A stretch of DNA of 63,830 bases, the filler included, from Nitrospinota bacterium (lineage in GTDB: Bacteria > JADFOP01), in NCBI GenBank assembly GCA_022562795.1. It is 5 parts of 4 records of this genome, joined end to end, with 100 filler letters (N's around TTAATTAATTAA, not from the genome) between each part and the next. Parts side by side here need not be neighbours in the genome. Positions count along the whole stretch, not along the records: positions 41,353 to 51,374 come from JADFOP010000004.1; positions 51,475 to 58,285 come from JADFOP010000063.1; 3 more parts are not named here. One strand, given 5' to 3'. The stretch's first letter is position 1; every line of letters begins with the position of its first letter. The notes beneath the pieces were generated by a model. That model made no database searches. It was not told the DNA's origin and worked only from the letters and a program-made list of their open reading frames with translations. Shown piece after piece: positions 43,184 to 51,756 of this stretch. Both the position numbers and the translations under genes were made by a program.

Positions 43184-43837
43184 ATGCGACAACTCGTTTT
43201 GGTATGGGGGTTGCTGGTAGCCCTGGCCACCCTACCTTTAGCGTGCAGAGCAATCCCGAAACTGGCCCGGGTTCCCAAGACGCCCGACATCGTCATTAAA
43301 GCGGACGAGGCGTATCTAGAAGGCGAAGAAGCGGAACGCGACCTCTCCAAGAAATATTACCAACCGCTGGAAGAAATCATTGCGGAGGTGCGAGAAGTCT
43401 TTCCAATTCAAGATTTCGAGTTTTTCGAACGCCAAGTAGGCTTTTTCCCTGCGCCGAAAGCAGAGCAAGGCAGTTATCTTGGGATCGGGGCCTTCACGGA
43501 TAAAACATTCGATACGGTCGTTACCAATCGGAATAAGCGGGTAGCAACCATCTTTGCCATGTATGGCAAGCCGCTCCTGGAGATCATGGCGGCCAAAGAA
43601 CAACCGATGGGGGACCCCAGCCTACAGGGCCTAAAACTCTACATAACGTATTGGAAGAAGGATGCGACCAGGCAACCTTACGCAAAGGGCGAGACTGAAT
43701 GGGTGGAGTTTTTCTTTAAGAAGAGGGACGTTCTAGAGTACCTTGACAGAAGAATCACGGACCAGGAACTGCTGGATAATAATTACGTCTTCATGGAGAG
43801 CGGCAAGGTTAAGATTCTCATGGGAGAGGCATTGTAA
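43184..43837 (+). CDS. Hypothetical lipoprotein
   Basis: GGAGG RBS; signal peptide with PLAC lipobox. Confidence 0.6.
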   Translation: MRQLVLVWGLLVALATLPLACRAIPKLARVPKTPDIVIKADEAYLEGEEAERDLSKKYYQPLEEIIAEVREVFPIQDFEFFERQVGFFPAPKAEQGSYLGIGAFTDKTFDTVVTNRNKRVATIFAMYGKPLLEIMAAKEQPMGDPSLQGLKLYITYWKKDATRQPYAKGETEWVEFFFKKRDVLEYLDRRITDQELLDNNYVFMESGKVKILMGEAL

Positions 43838-43866
43838 CCTCATACCCGAAAACCGTGGATAAGGGG

Positions 43867-43895
43867 TTGACAAAACAGTTACGTAATATTATATT
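43867..43895 (+). promoter_or_regulatory. sigma70 promoter of the RHH gene
   Basis: TTGACA-17-TATATT; TTACGTAA palindrome in the spacer. Confidence 0.65.
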
Positions 43896-43920
43896 GCCTA
43901 TGCGTTGACGGAGGTTAATT

Positions 43921-44091
43921 ATGTCCACGGTATCCGGTTCCTTCAAGATTACCAAGGATCAGCACGAGAAGCTTAAGAAAATTTCTGAGCTTACCGGGGT
44001 CAGCCAGGCCACAATTGTTCGTAGAGCCCTCGATGACTTCTTTAAGAAAAACGAGGACATTATTACCGACCAACGTTCACTATTTAAGTAA
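43921..44091 (+). CDS. 56-aa ribbon-helix-helix DNA-binding protein (not in ORF track)
   Basis: GGAGGT RBS; MSTVSGSFKITKDQHEKLKKISELTGVSQATIVRRALDDFFKKNEDIITDQRSLFK*. Confidence 0.85.
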   Translation: MSTVSGSFKITKDQHEKLKKISELTGVSQATIVRRALDDFFKKNEDIITDQRSLFK

Positions 44092-44144
44092 GTAAATTCA
44101 ATAGGAAACAAAGCAAACCATCAGAAAGTTTGTTAAAGATTATA

Positions 44145-45947
44145 TCAGGGTGTAGCGGGCTTGTGGAGGGCCCGCTTTTTGAATTTTGGGCCCTCGTCCT
44201 TAGCGGATGCTGGAAGGCGCTCAATCAGGTATACCCTGCCGATCACCGTCTCCTCTCTGTCGAGACCTGAGGCGCGTGGTTCTGCAACGGCGATCTCATC
44301 CCTTCCATCACCATCGAAGTCGCCGGCTGCTACGGCCGCCCCCAGGCGGTAGTTCTCTTTGCTGCCCATAACTTGATGTGACGAATATTTCGCCAGCCCT
44401 ACGGTGCCATGCAAGCGATCGGTGCCCAGGACGAGGTGGACCAATCCTACATCTTTCTCCCTTGGCCCGCTTCCTTCACCAAACGGCGATCCAACGATCA
44501 GGTCGTGCCGACCGTCACCATCGACGTCACCCATAGCTATTGAGTATCCAGTATCCCCGCCCCCCTTGGGTAGGAGCCATACCTCTTCGCCTATATCAAA
44601 GGGTGGACCGTAGAGAGTGGCGGCCGCTCCGTTGGCCAGGGAGATCTCCGCCGGCCAGTTGGGCTTGCCCCAGAGAAGATACACCTCCCCTTCGGCATGT
44701 CCGGCCACCCTGCTGCGGGTGACAGCCAAGCCGAGGTCAGATCGTGTGTTCCCTCCAATGAGATCATAAAGGTCCTCATTTCGACGGACGTTGCTGTGAC
44801 GAGCCAATGGAGCGCCGATAACCAAATCGGCCGTTCCGTCACCATTGAAATCTCCTGTGGCCAGCGACCACCCAGCGCCGTCGCCCTCTTCGGTACCGTA
44901 GATCTTGGTATCCGCCTCACTGGCGAGATCAATTTTCTCGGGGAGCTCCTCCCGACCTTTTAGAATGTAAACGGCTCCAGAATCTTTCTTATTTTGTTCC
45001 ACATCTACAAACCAATTGGCCAAGGGGGCCCCTACGATCACATCCGCCAAGCCATCGCCGGTTACATCGGATAGGGCCACCGCCGTACCCGTCCGATCAC
45101 CACTGTCCACGCCGAAAAAGGTTGCTGAGGCCTCTCGGGCGAGGTCCAAGGTTTTTGGCCATTGCCTTCGCCCCAAAACGAGGTAGGCTGCCCCTGCGTT
45201 GCCCCGCTCAAAGGTTCCCAGAGCGATGTCCAGCGGGGCTCCAATCAATAGGTCCTCCAGGCCATCCCCGTTGAAGTCGCCGGTCCCCAAAGCTGCGCCG
45301 GCGAAGTCGTTGGTATGAGCGCCGCTTAGGAGCACATCGGCCACCTGGCCTATCTTGTGAGTGCCGGCCAAATCTCGACGGCCGAAGATAACGGCGACGA
45401 CCCCCTCTCGATCCTTCCTGAACGGCATGAAGCCAGCCCCCCATGGCGCGCCTATGACAAGGTCTTCCAGGCCGTCTCCATTTAGATCCCCAAACTCAAC
45501 CGCGTAGCCTGCGCTGGCCGTCTCGGCCACAAGGACGACGTCCGAAAGGGTTGGGAGCTCGTTGAGGGTGGGGAGCGATGTGCGGCCAAAAATGAGATAG
45601 ACCCCACCAGGCCCGGAGGGGGCTTCCCCCTCGGCGTGGAGCCCGGGGAGGGCCGGAGAGCCGATAGCCAAATCATCATTCCCGTCGCCATTAAAATCTC
45701 CAAAAGCCAAACTGACACCGACCATTCCTCCTGCGGGGCCGGGGGCGTCTTCGGAGACTCCGAACAGACGCACCCCATCGGAGACGGCTTTCAGGTCGAT
45801 CGTTCCAGGAGGGGCTTTCATTAAAGCGACTCTGGCGTCGGGCGCCACATCTTTCACTCCTGGTGTTGCCGAGCACCCGGCGCAGAACCAGGCGAGCAAG
45901 CTTATCACAGCCCAATGACGAAGGACCCTGACTTCCATTGAGGCCAT
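44145..45947 (-). CDS. FG-GAP/integrin-alpha beta-propeller lipoprotein
   Basis: Seven GD(F)NGDG..DL.IGAP repeats; CAGC lipobox. Confidence 0.9.
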   Translation of the reverse strand: MASMEVRVLRHWAVISLLAWFCAGCSATPGVKDVAPDARVALMKAPPGTIDLKAVSDGVRLFGVSEDAPGPAGGMVGVSLAFGDFNGDGNDDLAIGSPALPGLHAEGEAPSGPGGVYLIFGRTSLPTLNELPTLSDVVLVAETASAGYAVEFGDLNGDGLEDLVIGAPWGAGFMPFRKDREGVVAVIFGRRDLAGTHKIGQVADVLLSGAHTNDFAGAALGTGDFNGDGLEDLLIGAPLDIALGTFERGNAGAAYLVLGRRQWPKTLDLAREASATFFGVDSGDRTGTAVALSDVTGDGLADVIVGAPLANWFVDVEQNKKDSGAVYILKGREELPEKIDLASEADTKIYGTEEGDGAGWSLATGDFNGDGTADLVIGAPLARHSNVRRNEDLYDLIGGNTRSDLGLAVTRSRVAGHAEGEVYLLWGKPNWPAEISLANGAAATLYGPPFDIGEEVWLLPKGGGDTGYSIAMGDVDGDGRHDLIVGSPFGEGSGPREKDVGLVHLVLGTDRLHGTVGLAKYSSHQVMGSKENYRLGAAVAAGDFDGDGRDEIAVAEPRASGLDREETVIGRVYLIERLPASAKDEGPKFKKRALHKPATP

Positions 45948-46105
45948 CCTCTAAACGGTGGTATGGGCGGAGGATTTTTCCGGCGACGCGCCCCCTCGCC
46001 TCCAATTCAGTCGCTTAACGCTAAGGCGTTTTTCAATACGGGGACGTTGGGCGCACTTCCAATGGCTTGGAACAAGATTGCAATAAAACGGCCACCGAGG
46101 AGCGA

Positions 46106-46594
46106 CTACATCTCATACTTCCCGAAGTCTTCAGGACGGAGGTCCTCAAGCCACTCCTTCCACTTCTCCTTGTCGTCCGCAAGCTCCGGGTCGGTGAGAT
46201 CGATCGAACGCGCCTCATCGAGAACCTTCTTGGCAACGAAAATTGGCGCGTCGACCCTGAGGGCCAGGGCGATAGCATCCGAGGGCCTCGCGTCGATTGC
46301 GACTTCGTTTCCATTTAAGGATAAATAGATTTCGGCGTAGAAGGTGTTGTCCTTAAGGTCATTGACAACGATACGGAGGACCGTGGCCTCGGTCTCTTCG
46401 AGAATATTCTTGATGAGGTCGTGGGTCATGGGACGAGGAGTAGGCACGCTTTCCATCTCCAGAGCAATGGCGTTGGCCTCGAAGATACCGACCCAGATGG
46501 GCAGCGCTCGCTCTTCCTCCAGGTCTTTAAGTATAACGATGGGCATGTTCGTCGATGGGTCTATCGCCAGGCCATTGACTTTCATCTCCAGCAT
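46106..46594 (-). CDS. Bifunctional nuclease family protein (DUF151)
   Basis: [32 protein letters not shown]. Confidence 0.92.
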   Translation of the reverse strand: MLEMKVNGLAIDPSTNMPIVILKDLEEERALPIWVGIFEANAIALEMESVPTPRPMTHDLIKNILEETEATVLRIVVNDLKDNTFYAEIYLSLNGNEVAIDARPSDAIALALRVDAPIFVAKKVLDEARSIDLTDPELADDKEKWKEWLEDLRPEDFGKYEM

Positions 46595-46730
46595 GAATTT
46601 CTCCTCCCGGTCATCGAAAATCCTTCGGGGACCTACGTGGCACGCTATAGATCAGATAGTATCACAGTGACAGCCCTATATCCACTGTATCGAGATGAAT
46701 CCATAAAAAATACGGCCCGGGGTCCGCAAG

Positions 46731-48242
46731 CTATTCAACCCAGCCGAAGGTCCTCTCGACCGCCTTGAGCCAGCCCGCATACAGCTTCTGGCGGGTCTCT
46801 TCGTCCATCTGAGGCTCCCAGGTCTTGTCCACCCGCCAGTTGGCCCTAAGCTCCTCCAGGTCGCTCCAGAACCCGACGGCCAGGCCCGCCGCGTAGGCCG
46901 CACCTAGAGCCGTCGTCTCAGCCACGACGGGCCTGACGACCGGCACGCCAAGAATGTCAGACTGGAACTGCATGAGAAGCTCGTTGTAGACCATCCCGCC
47001 GTCAACTTTCAGCGCCTTAAGCTCCACGCCGGAGTCTTTGTTCATCGCCTCCATCACCTCGCGGGTCTGATAGGCGGTCGCCTCCAGCGCAGCGCGGGCG
47101 ATGTGATTCTTGTTGATGTAGCGGGTTAGGCCCACGATGACGCCCCGGGCGTCGGAGCGCCAGTAAGGGGCGAAGAGGCCGGAAAACGCGGGGACGAAGT
47201 AAATTCCGCCGCTGTCCTCCACTTCCCTTGCAAATTGCTCGATCTGCTTCGAGTGCTCGAAGAGCTCGAGATTATCCCTGAGCCATTGGACCAGGGCGCC
47301 GGCGATGGCGATTGAGCCCTCCAGCCCATAGACGGCCGGCCGATCGCCGAGCTTGTAGCAGACCGTGGTAAGAAGACCGCTCGCCGAGGGAACTATCTCG
47401 GCGCCGGTGTTGAGCACCATAAAGCAGCCGGTGCCGTATGTGTTTTTGGCCTCTCCCGGGTTGTAGCAAGCCTGACCTACGGTGGCCGCCTGCTGATCGC
47501 CGAGGTTACCGCAGACGGGAATGGCGTCGCCGAATGGGCCGTCCTTGGCTGTAGCGCCCCATGGATTCGGGTCGCTCGAAGGAGAGATGCGAGGCAGCAT
47601 CTGACGGGGTATGCCCATAATGCCGAGAATCTCGTCGTCCCACTCCAAACTCTTCAGGTCCATGAGCATTGTCCGGCTGGCGTTGGTCACGTCTGTCACG
47701 TGGGCGCCGCCCGAGGGGCCGCCTGTCAGCCACCATATCTCCCAGGTATCGATGGTGCCGAAAAGGGCCTCGCCCCTCTCGGCCGCGTCGCGGACCCCGG
47801 CGACGTTGTCCAGAATCCACTTAATCTTGGGCCCGGAGAAGTATGTGGCCAGCGGGAGGCCGACCTTGGGCCGGAAGCGGTCCTGGCCGCCGTCGGCTGC
47901 GAGCTCATCGCAGATCTCCTTCGTTCGGGTGTCTTGCCAGACGATGGCGTTGTAGTAAGGCTCGCCGGTCTGTTTGTTCCAAACGACGGTCGTCTCGCGC
48001 TGGTTGGTCACCCCCAAAGCGGCGATATCGCCCGCCCTGAGGCCTGCCTCGGCGACCGTCGCCTCGACCACCTCCTGGGTCCTCTTCCAAATCTCCATCG
48101 GGTCGTGCTCGACCCAGCCAGGCCGGGGATAAATCTGCGCGTGCTCTTTCTGATCGACGCCGATGACCGCTCCGGTGCGATCGAATATCATGCAGCGGGT
48201 GCTCGTCGTCCCCTGGTCTACGGCTGCTACGTACTTTCCCAT
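46731..48242 (-). CDS. glpK: Glycerol kinase
   Basis: [40 protein letters not shown]. Confidence 0.97.
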   Translation of the reverse strand: MGKYVAAVDQGTTSTRCMIFDRTGAVIGVDQKEHAQIYPRPGWVEHDPMEIWKRTQEVVEATVAEAGLRAGDIAALGVTNQRETTVVWNKQTGEPYYNAIVWQDTRTKEICDELAADGGQDRFRPKVGLPLATYFSGPKIKWILDNVAGVRDAAERGEALFGTIDTWEIWWLTGGPSGGAHVTDVTNASRTMLMDLKSLEWDDEILGIMGIPRQMLPRISPSSDPNPWGATAKDGPFGDAIPVCGNLGDQQAATVGQACYNPGEAKNTYGTGCFMVLNTGAEIVPSASGLLTTVCYKLGDRPAVYGLEGSIAIAGALVQWLRDNLELFEHSKQIEQFAREVEDSGGIYFVPAFSGLFAPYWRSDARGVIVGLTRYINKNHIARAALEATAYQTREVMEAMNKDSGVELKALKVDGGMVYNELLMQFQSDILGVPVVRPVVAETTALGAAYAAGLAVGFWSDLEELRANWRVDKTWEPQMDEETRQKLYAGWLKAVERTFGWVE

Positions 48243-48281
48243 CCGGCTTTCCCCCTGCCCTCACCTCGATTCCCAGTCACC

Positions 48282-48788
48282 TCAAATAACCTCTTTGGTC
48301 ACTCCGCTCTCCAGGCGCGGGATTATCTCGGCCATGGCCTCACCGAGGCGCTCGGGATCGCGGAGCTCCAGGTGCAAAATGCGGACGAGGTTCGCAAGGT
48401 ACTCCCCCAAATCGAAGCTGCCGCGGAGGATATCGCGGACGCATCCCTCCGAGTGGCGGTTGGTGTAGAGGGTCCGCTGCTCGCCCTCAACCTCGTATGG
48501 GATGACTTCGTAATCGGCCCCCCGCCAGCGGGCCTCCTCAAGGGGTGTGTCGCTAAGGAGGTAATCGATTGTCGAGGCCACGTCGCCCGGCGAATATTTC
48601 GAGAGCATGGAGCGCCAGACGACGTCCGGCAGAGGCTCGCCCAATTCATCCGGGCTTATGGGCCGGCCTTTGATGGTCCGTTTGTCCTTCATGAGGTCGC
48701 GCCCGCGCATGACGGCAAGCTGTAGGCCCATCAAGGTATGAGTTTTATGCCTTGTATGTAGTCTACCAGCGAGGGGGTGGCGCATCAA
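48282..48788 (-). CDS. Hypothetical protein; start uncertain
   Basis: ORF with host-like codon use directly upstream of glpK; no recognised family. Confidence 0.45.
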   Translation of the reverse strand: MMRHPLAGRLHTRHKTHTLMGLQLAVMRGRDLMKDKRTIKGRPISPDELGEPLPDVVWRSMLSKYSPGDVASTIDYLLSDTPLEEARWRGADYEVIPYEVEGEQRTLYTNRHSEGCVRDILRGSFDLGEYLANLVRILHLELRDPERLGEAMAEIIPRLESGVTKEVI

Positions 48789-48869
48789 CTGAGGATGGGG
48801 GGTTGTCCGCCTGAGGTCCGCCTTAGGTGGGTATGGAGCCGGGGGAAACTTCGTTAGCCCCCATTAAGG

Positions 48870-48900
48870 GTAGTCGGGCGACCAAAGGTCGCTTGCGACC
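48870..48900 (+). repeat. GTAG-type REP-like hairpin, family B (second copy inverted at 63002-63033)
   Basis: GTAGTCGG-GCGACC-AAA-GGTCGC-TTGCGAC. Confidence 0.7.
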
Positions 48901-48918
48901 CCCTGACCCCGACTCCTT

Positions 48919-49035
48919 TTAATCCCAAAGGTCTTGGGCACAGCTATGGTCACGAAAGAAGGGTTGCCTCTTATAGGTCGTGCTCGTTACGTGGTAGCAA
49001 ACCCCCTCTTCGCGTGGATGCATCAGTCGTCCCAT
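48919..49035 (-). pseudogene. N-terminal remnant of a REP-associated tyrosine transposase (RAYT, IS200-like Y1)
   Basis: MGRLMHPREEGVCYHVTSTTYKRQPFFRD...LWD*; matches the RAYT G..Y.VT..T..R.P.F.D pattern and stops before the HUH motif. Confidence 0.65.
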
Positions 49036-49148
49036 TACGTTCGAGTGGTGTCGGGGNNNNNNNNNGCCTCAGGCGGATGGGTGTCCGGCCTTTAGAGCTG
49101 CCCATATATAAACCTCCTCCGTATACACGACCCGCCCTTCATACCCGC

Positions 49149-49274
49149 GGACAGGGTAAACCCTGTCCCTACATGGGATTCGTCCCCAAACCATCGAATT
49201 CTGGTTATGTAGGGACAGCCTTTAGGCTGTCCGGCCTTTACCAGGGATACGGACAGGGTAAACCCTGTCCCTAC
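49149..49274. repeat. Array of three GTAG-type REP hairpins (family A)
   Basis: GGACAGGGTAAACCCTGTCCCTAC (49149, 49251) and GTAGGGACAGCCTTTAGGCTGTCC (49209). Confidence 0.85.
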
Positions 49275-49309
49275 AAAGAATTAAGCAAAAAAAGGAGGAG
49301 GAAGAAGGA

Positions 49310-51022
49310 ATGAAAACATTGATGAATGAAACGGGAAAAATCGCTAATTTGAACCTCGTCGCCCTGGCGGCGGCCATTGCTCTCGCTCTCGCCTTCGGGC
49401 CGGTGCTGGCTGCGACTATCGTCGTCCCCAGCGGCTCGAATCCCGAGATCCAGGACGGGATCGACGCGGCGAGCCCCGGCGACACGGTCTCGCTCAAGAA
49501 AAGCTGTGGGACCGGGTCCACCTGCGGATTCGGCGGGCTCTACCACCAGGGAGTGGAGATCGACAAGAAGCTCACCCTCAACTGCAACGGCGCTATCCTC
49601 GACGGCGACGTTCCGAGCGGCAAGAGTGGAAGCATTGAGGGCGGCGCCCCAATCGCCGGCCCCATCCAGCTGGGGGGGGACGGGATCGAGGTCGATGGGG
49701 ACGGGGCCACCATCGTCAACTGCACGGTAAGGAATTTCAATAGTGACGGCATCGATGTGGATGCGGACAGCGTCACCATCAGGAACAACACGCTCATCAA
49801 CAACGGAAATGGCCAGGGTGACGGCTTGGAGCTGGACGGGAAAGATTTCCTCATCGAGCGCAACACGGCCAGTGGGAATCTAGACTCCGGGTTCGATGTC
49901 GATGGCAACGACGGCATCGTCAGGCGCAACCACTCCACCGCCAACGAAGATGGGTTCCATATCCAAGGCAACCGGGTCCTAGTCCTGAACAACAGAGCGT
50001 TCCGAAACAATGAAGAAGGCTTCGAGGTCGACGGCGACGACGACGGCCTTATCGACGTCATTAACAACAGGGCCGAGACCAATGATAGGGTGGGCTTCAA
50101 AATCGATGAGGTCAAAAAGAGCACCATCTCTAGGAACTTCTCCCGGGGCAATGAAGAGGAGGGCTTCGATATCGACGCCGACGACACCACCATAGAGAGG
50201 AACGTGGCCATGTTCAACGGCGACGATGACGGCGAAGAAGGCTTCGATATCGACGGCGACGACTTAACTATCAACAGGAATGTCGCCATCGGAGGTTCAG
50301 AGGACGGGTTTGACATCGACGGCGAGGACAATGTGATAACTCGCAACCGGGCGATGTTCAACCGGGAAGACGGGTTTGACATCAGGTGCGGCTCTGGCAA
50401 CCCGCCGCCTCCTGGCTGCGGCCCGATAATGCACAACCGCGCCATCGGAAACACTGACGAGGGCTTCGAGCTGAGTGACATCGACGAAACCACCGTCTCA
50501 CACAATGTGTCCAAAAGGAACGAAGATGAAGGCTTCGAAATTGATGATGCCGACACGACTACGTTCATACACAACCTTGCCATGGACAACGGCGAACAGG
50601 GTTTCAGGATTTTCGACGGGACCAAAAACACATTCGAAAGGAACAGGAGCTTCGGGAACGCCGGGGACGGATTTAAGATAACCTCTGAATCCACCCTGAC
50701 GATGATTAAGAACACGGCCAAGAAAAACAAAGAGGATGGGTTCGACATCGATAACGATACCGATACAGTCATCATGGACCGCAACAAGGCGATCCGCAAC
50801 ACTAATACGGGCATTGAGAACGACGGCGGACCTGATACGACCCTTACGGACAACACCATGAAGGGTAACGGGCTTGACCTCGCCGGCAAGGGCGATGAAA
50901 CTACCGAAACCGGCACCTGTGACGGTGACGCCGGCGACGCCGCGACGGACGGCGGCGGCAACGTCTTCGCCAACGCCGGCGGGTTTGACACCTGCGTCCC
51001 GGACAAGAGTGATAGTGATTAA
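49310..51022 (+). CDS. Secreted acidic right-handed parallel beta-helix (PbH1/NosD-like) repeat protein
   Basis: Signal peptide (VLA-A), IQDGIDAASPGDTV cap, more than 15 repeats of I.RN.A..N.EDGFDID. Confidence 0.85.
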   Translation: MKTLMNETGKIANLNLVALAAAIALALAFGPVLAATIVVPSGSNPEIQDGIDAASPGDTVSLKKSCGTGSTCGFGGLYHQGVEIDKKLTLNCNGAILDGDVPSGKSGSIEGGAPIAGPIQLGGDGIEVDGDGATIVNCTVRNFNSDGIDVDADSVTIRNNTLINNGNGQGDGLELDGKDFLIERNTASGNLDSGFDVDGNDGIVRRNHSTANEDGFHIQGNRVLVLNNRAFRNNEEGFEVDGDDDGLIDVINNRAETNDRVGFKIDEVKKSTISRNFSRGNEEEGFDIDADDTTIERNVAMFNGDDDGEEGFDIDGDDLTINRNVAIGGSEDGFDIDGEDNVITRNRAMFNREDGFDIRCGSGNPPPPGCGPIMHNRAIGNTDEGFELSDIDETTVSHNVSKRNEDEGFEIDDADTTTFIHNLAMDNGEQGFRIFDGTKNTFERNRSFGNAGDGFKITSESTLTMIKNTAKKNKEDGFDIDNDTDTVIMDRNKAIRNTNTGIENDGGPDTTLTDNTMKGNGLDLAGKGDETTETGTCDGDAGDAATDGGGNVFANAGGFDTCVPDKSDSD

Positions 51023-51033
51023 AGTTTTTTAAT

Positions 51034-51073
51034 GGGCGGCGGGGGGCTACAATCCCCCCCCGCCCCTTTTTTT
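51034..51073 (+). terminator. Rho-independent terminator
   Basis: GGGCGGCGGGGGG...CCCCCCCGCCCC-TTTTTTT. Confidence 0.7.
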
Positions 51074-51126
51074 AGCCCACCCTATATAAACCCTCTCCGT
51101 TTACACGACCCGCCCTCCATACGCAC

Positions 51127-51296
51127 GGACAGGGTAAACCCTGTCCCTACAGTAAGGCCCCAATGTAGGGACAGCCTTTAGGCTGTCCGGCCTTTTGGCC
51201 TTTCGAACAGCGTCCCGCCCTTCATACACACGGACAGGGACAAGCCCTGTCCCTACACGGGCACAAGACCATGTAGGGACAGCCTTTAGGCTGTCC
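51127..51296. repeat. Array of four GTAG-type REP hairpins in two inverted pairs
   Basis: Copies at 51127-51150, 51165-51188, 51232-51256 and 51273-51296. Confidence 0.85.
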
Positions 51297-51374
51297 GGCC
51301 TTTAGGGCAGCGACCTGCCCGTCTAACCCACGGACAGAGATGAACCCCCTCCGCATACACGGTTCGCCCTTCAT

Positions 51375-51474
51375 NNNNNNNNNNNNNNNNNNNNNNNNNN
51401 NNNNNNNNNNNNNNNNNNTTAATTAATTAANNNNNNNNNNNNNNNNNNNNNNNNNNNNNNNNNNNNNNNNNNNN
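51375..51474. other. Artificial contig linker
   Basis: N-TTAATTAATTAA-N. Confidence 0.97.
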
Positions 51475-51756
51475 GATGTCGCCTTCTACGGTGGTCTTGA
51501 GCTTGTCCGGTTGAGACGGGATTCCGCGCACCTCCAGTGCGCCTGCTAGGGTCCCGACCAGTCACCCGGCGACGGCGGCCACGATGTGGTCGAGGGTCGA
51601 GGGCACATCTTCCTCTGGCTCTAGACCATAGAATTCCTTAATGCGGCCGTGGACGCCGTATGGGACCGCCTCTTCGAAGTCCTCGATGTATGCATGGCGG
51701 AGCGGCGGCTTTAGCTGCTCGATGCGAACCTGTGTGGTGTGGATGAGTTCACTCAC
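51475..51756 (-). CDS. OsmC-like selenoprotein (UGA at 51564-51562 read as Sec); 3' end lost at the contig edge
   Basis: ...PSTLDHIVAAVAG-U-LVGTLAGALEVRGIPSQPDKLKTTVEGDI; the UGA occupies the OsmC catalytic Cys position and the frame stays open. Confidence 0.8.

Noticed and set aside
48900-49056. Long imperfect hairpin resembling 6S RNA
   Set aside because: The minus strand encodes a RAYT-like N-terminus, which explains the segment better; no 6S consensus is recognisable.
49149-51296. Palindromic repeats as a CRISPR array
   Set aside because: Orientation alternates, spacers are irregular and partly repeated, ends are GTAG and no cas genes are present; this fits REP elements.
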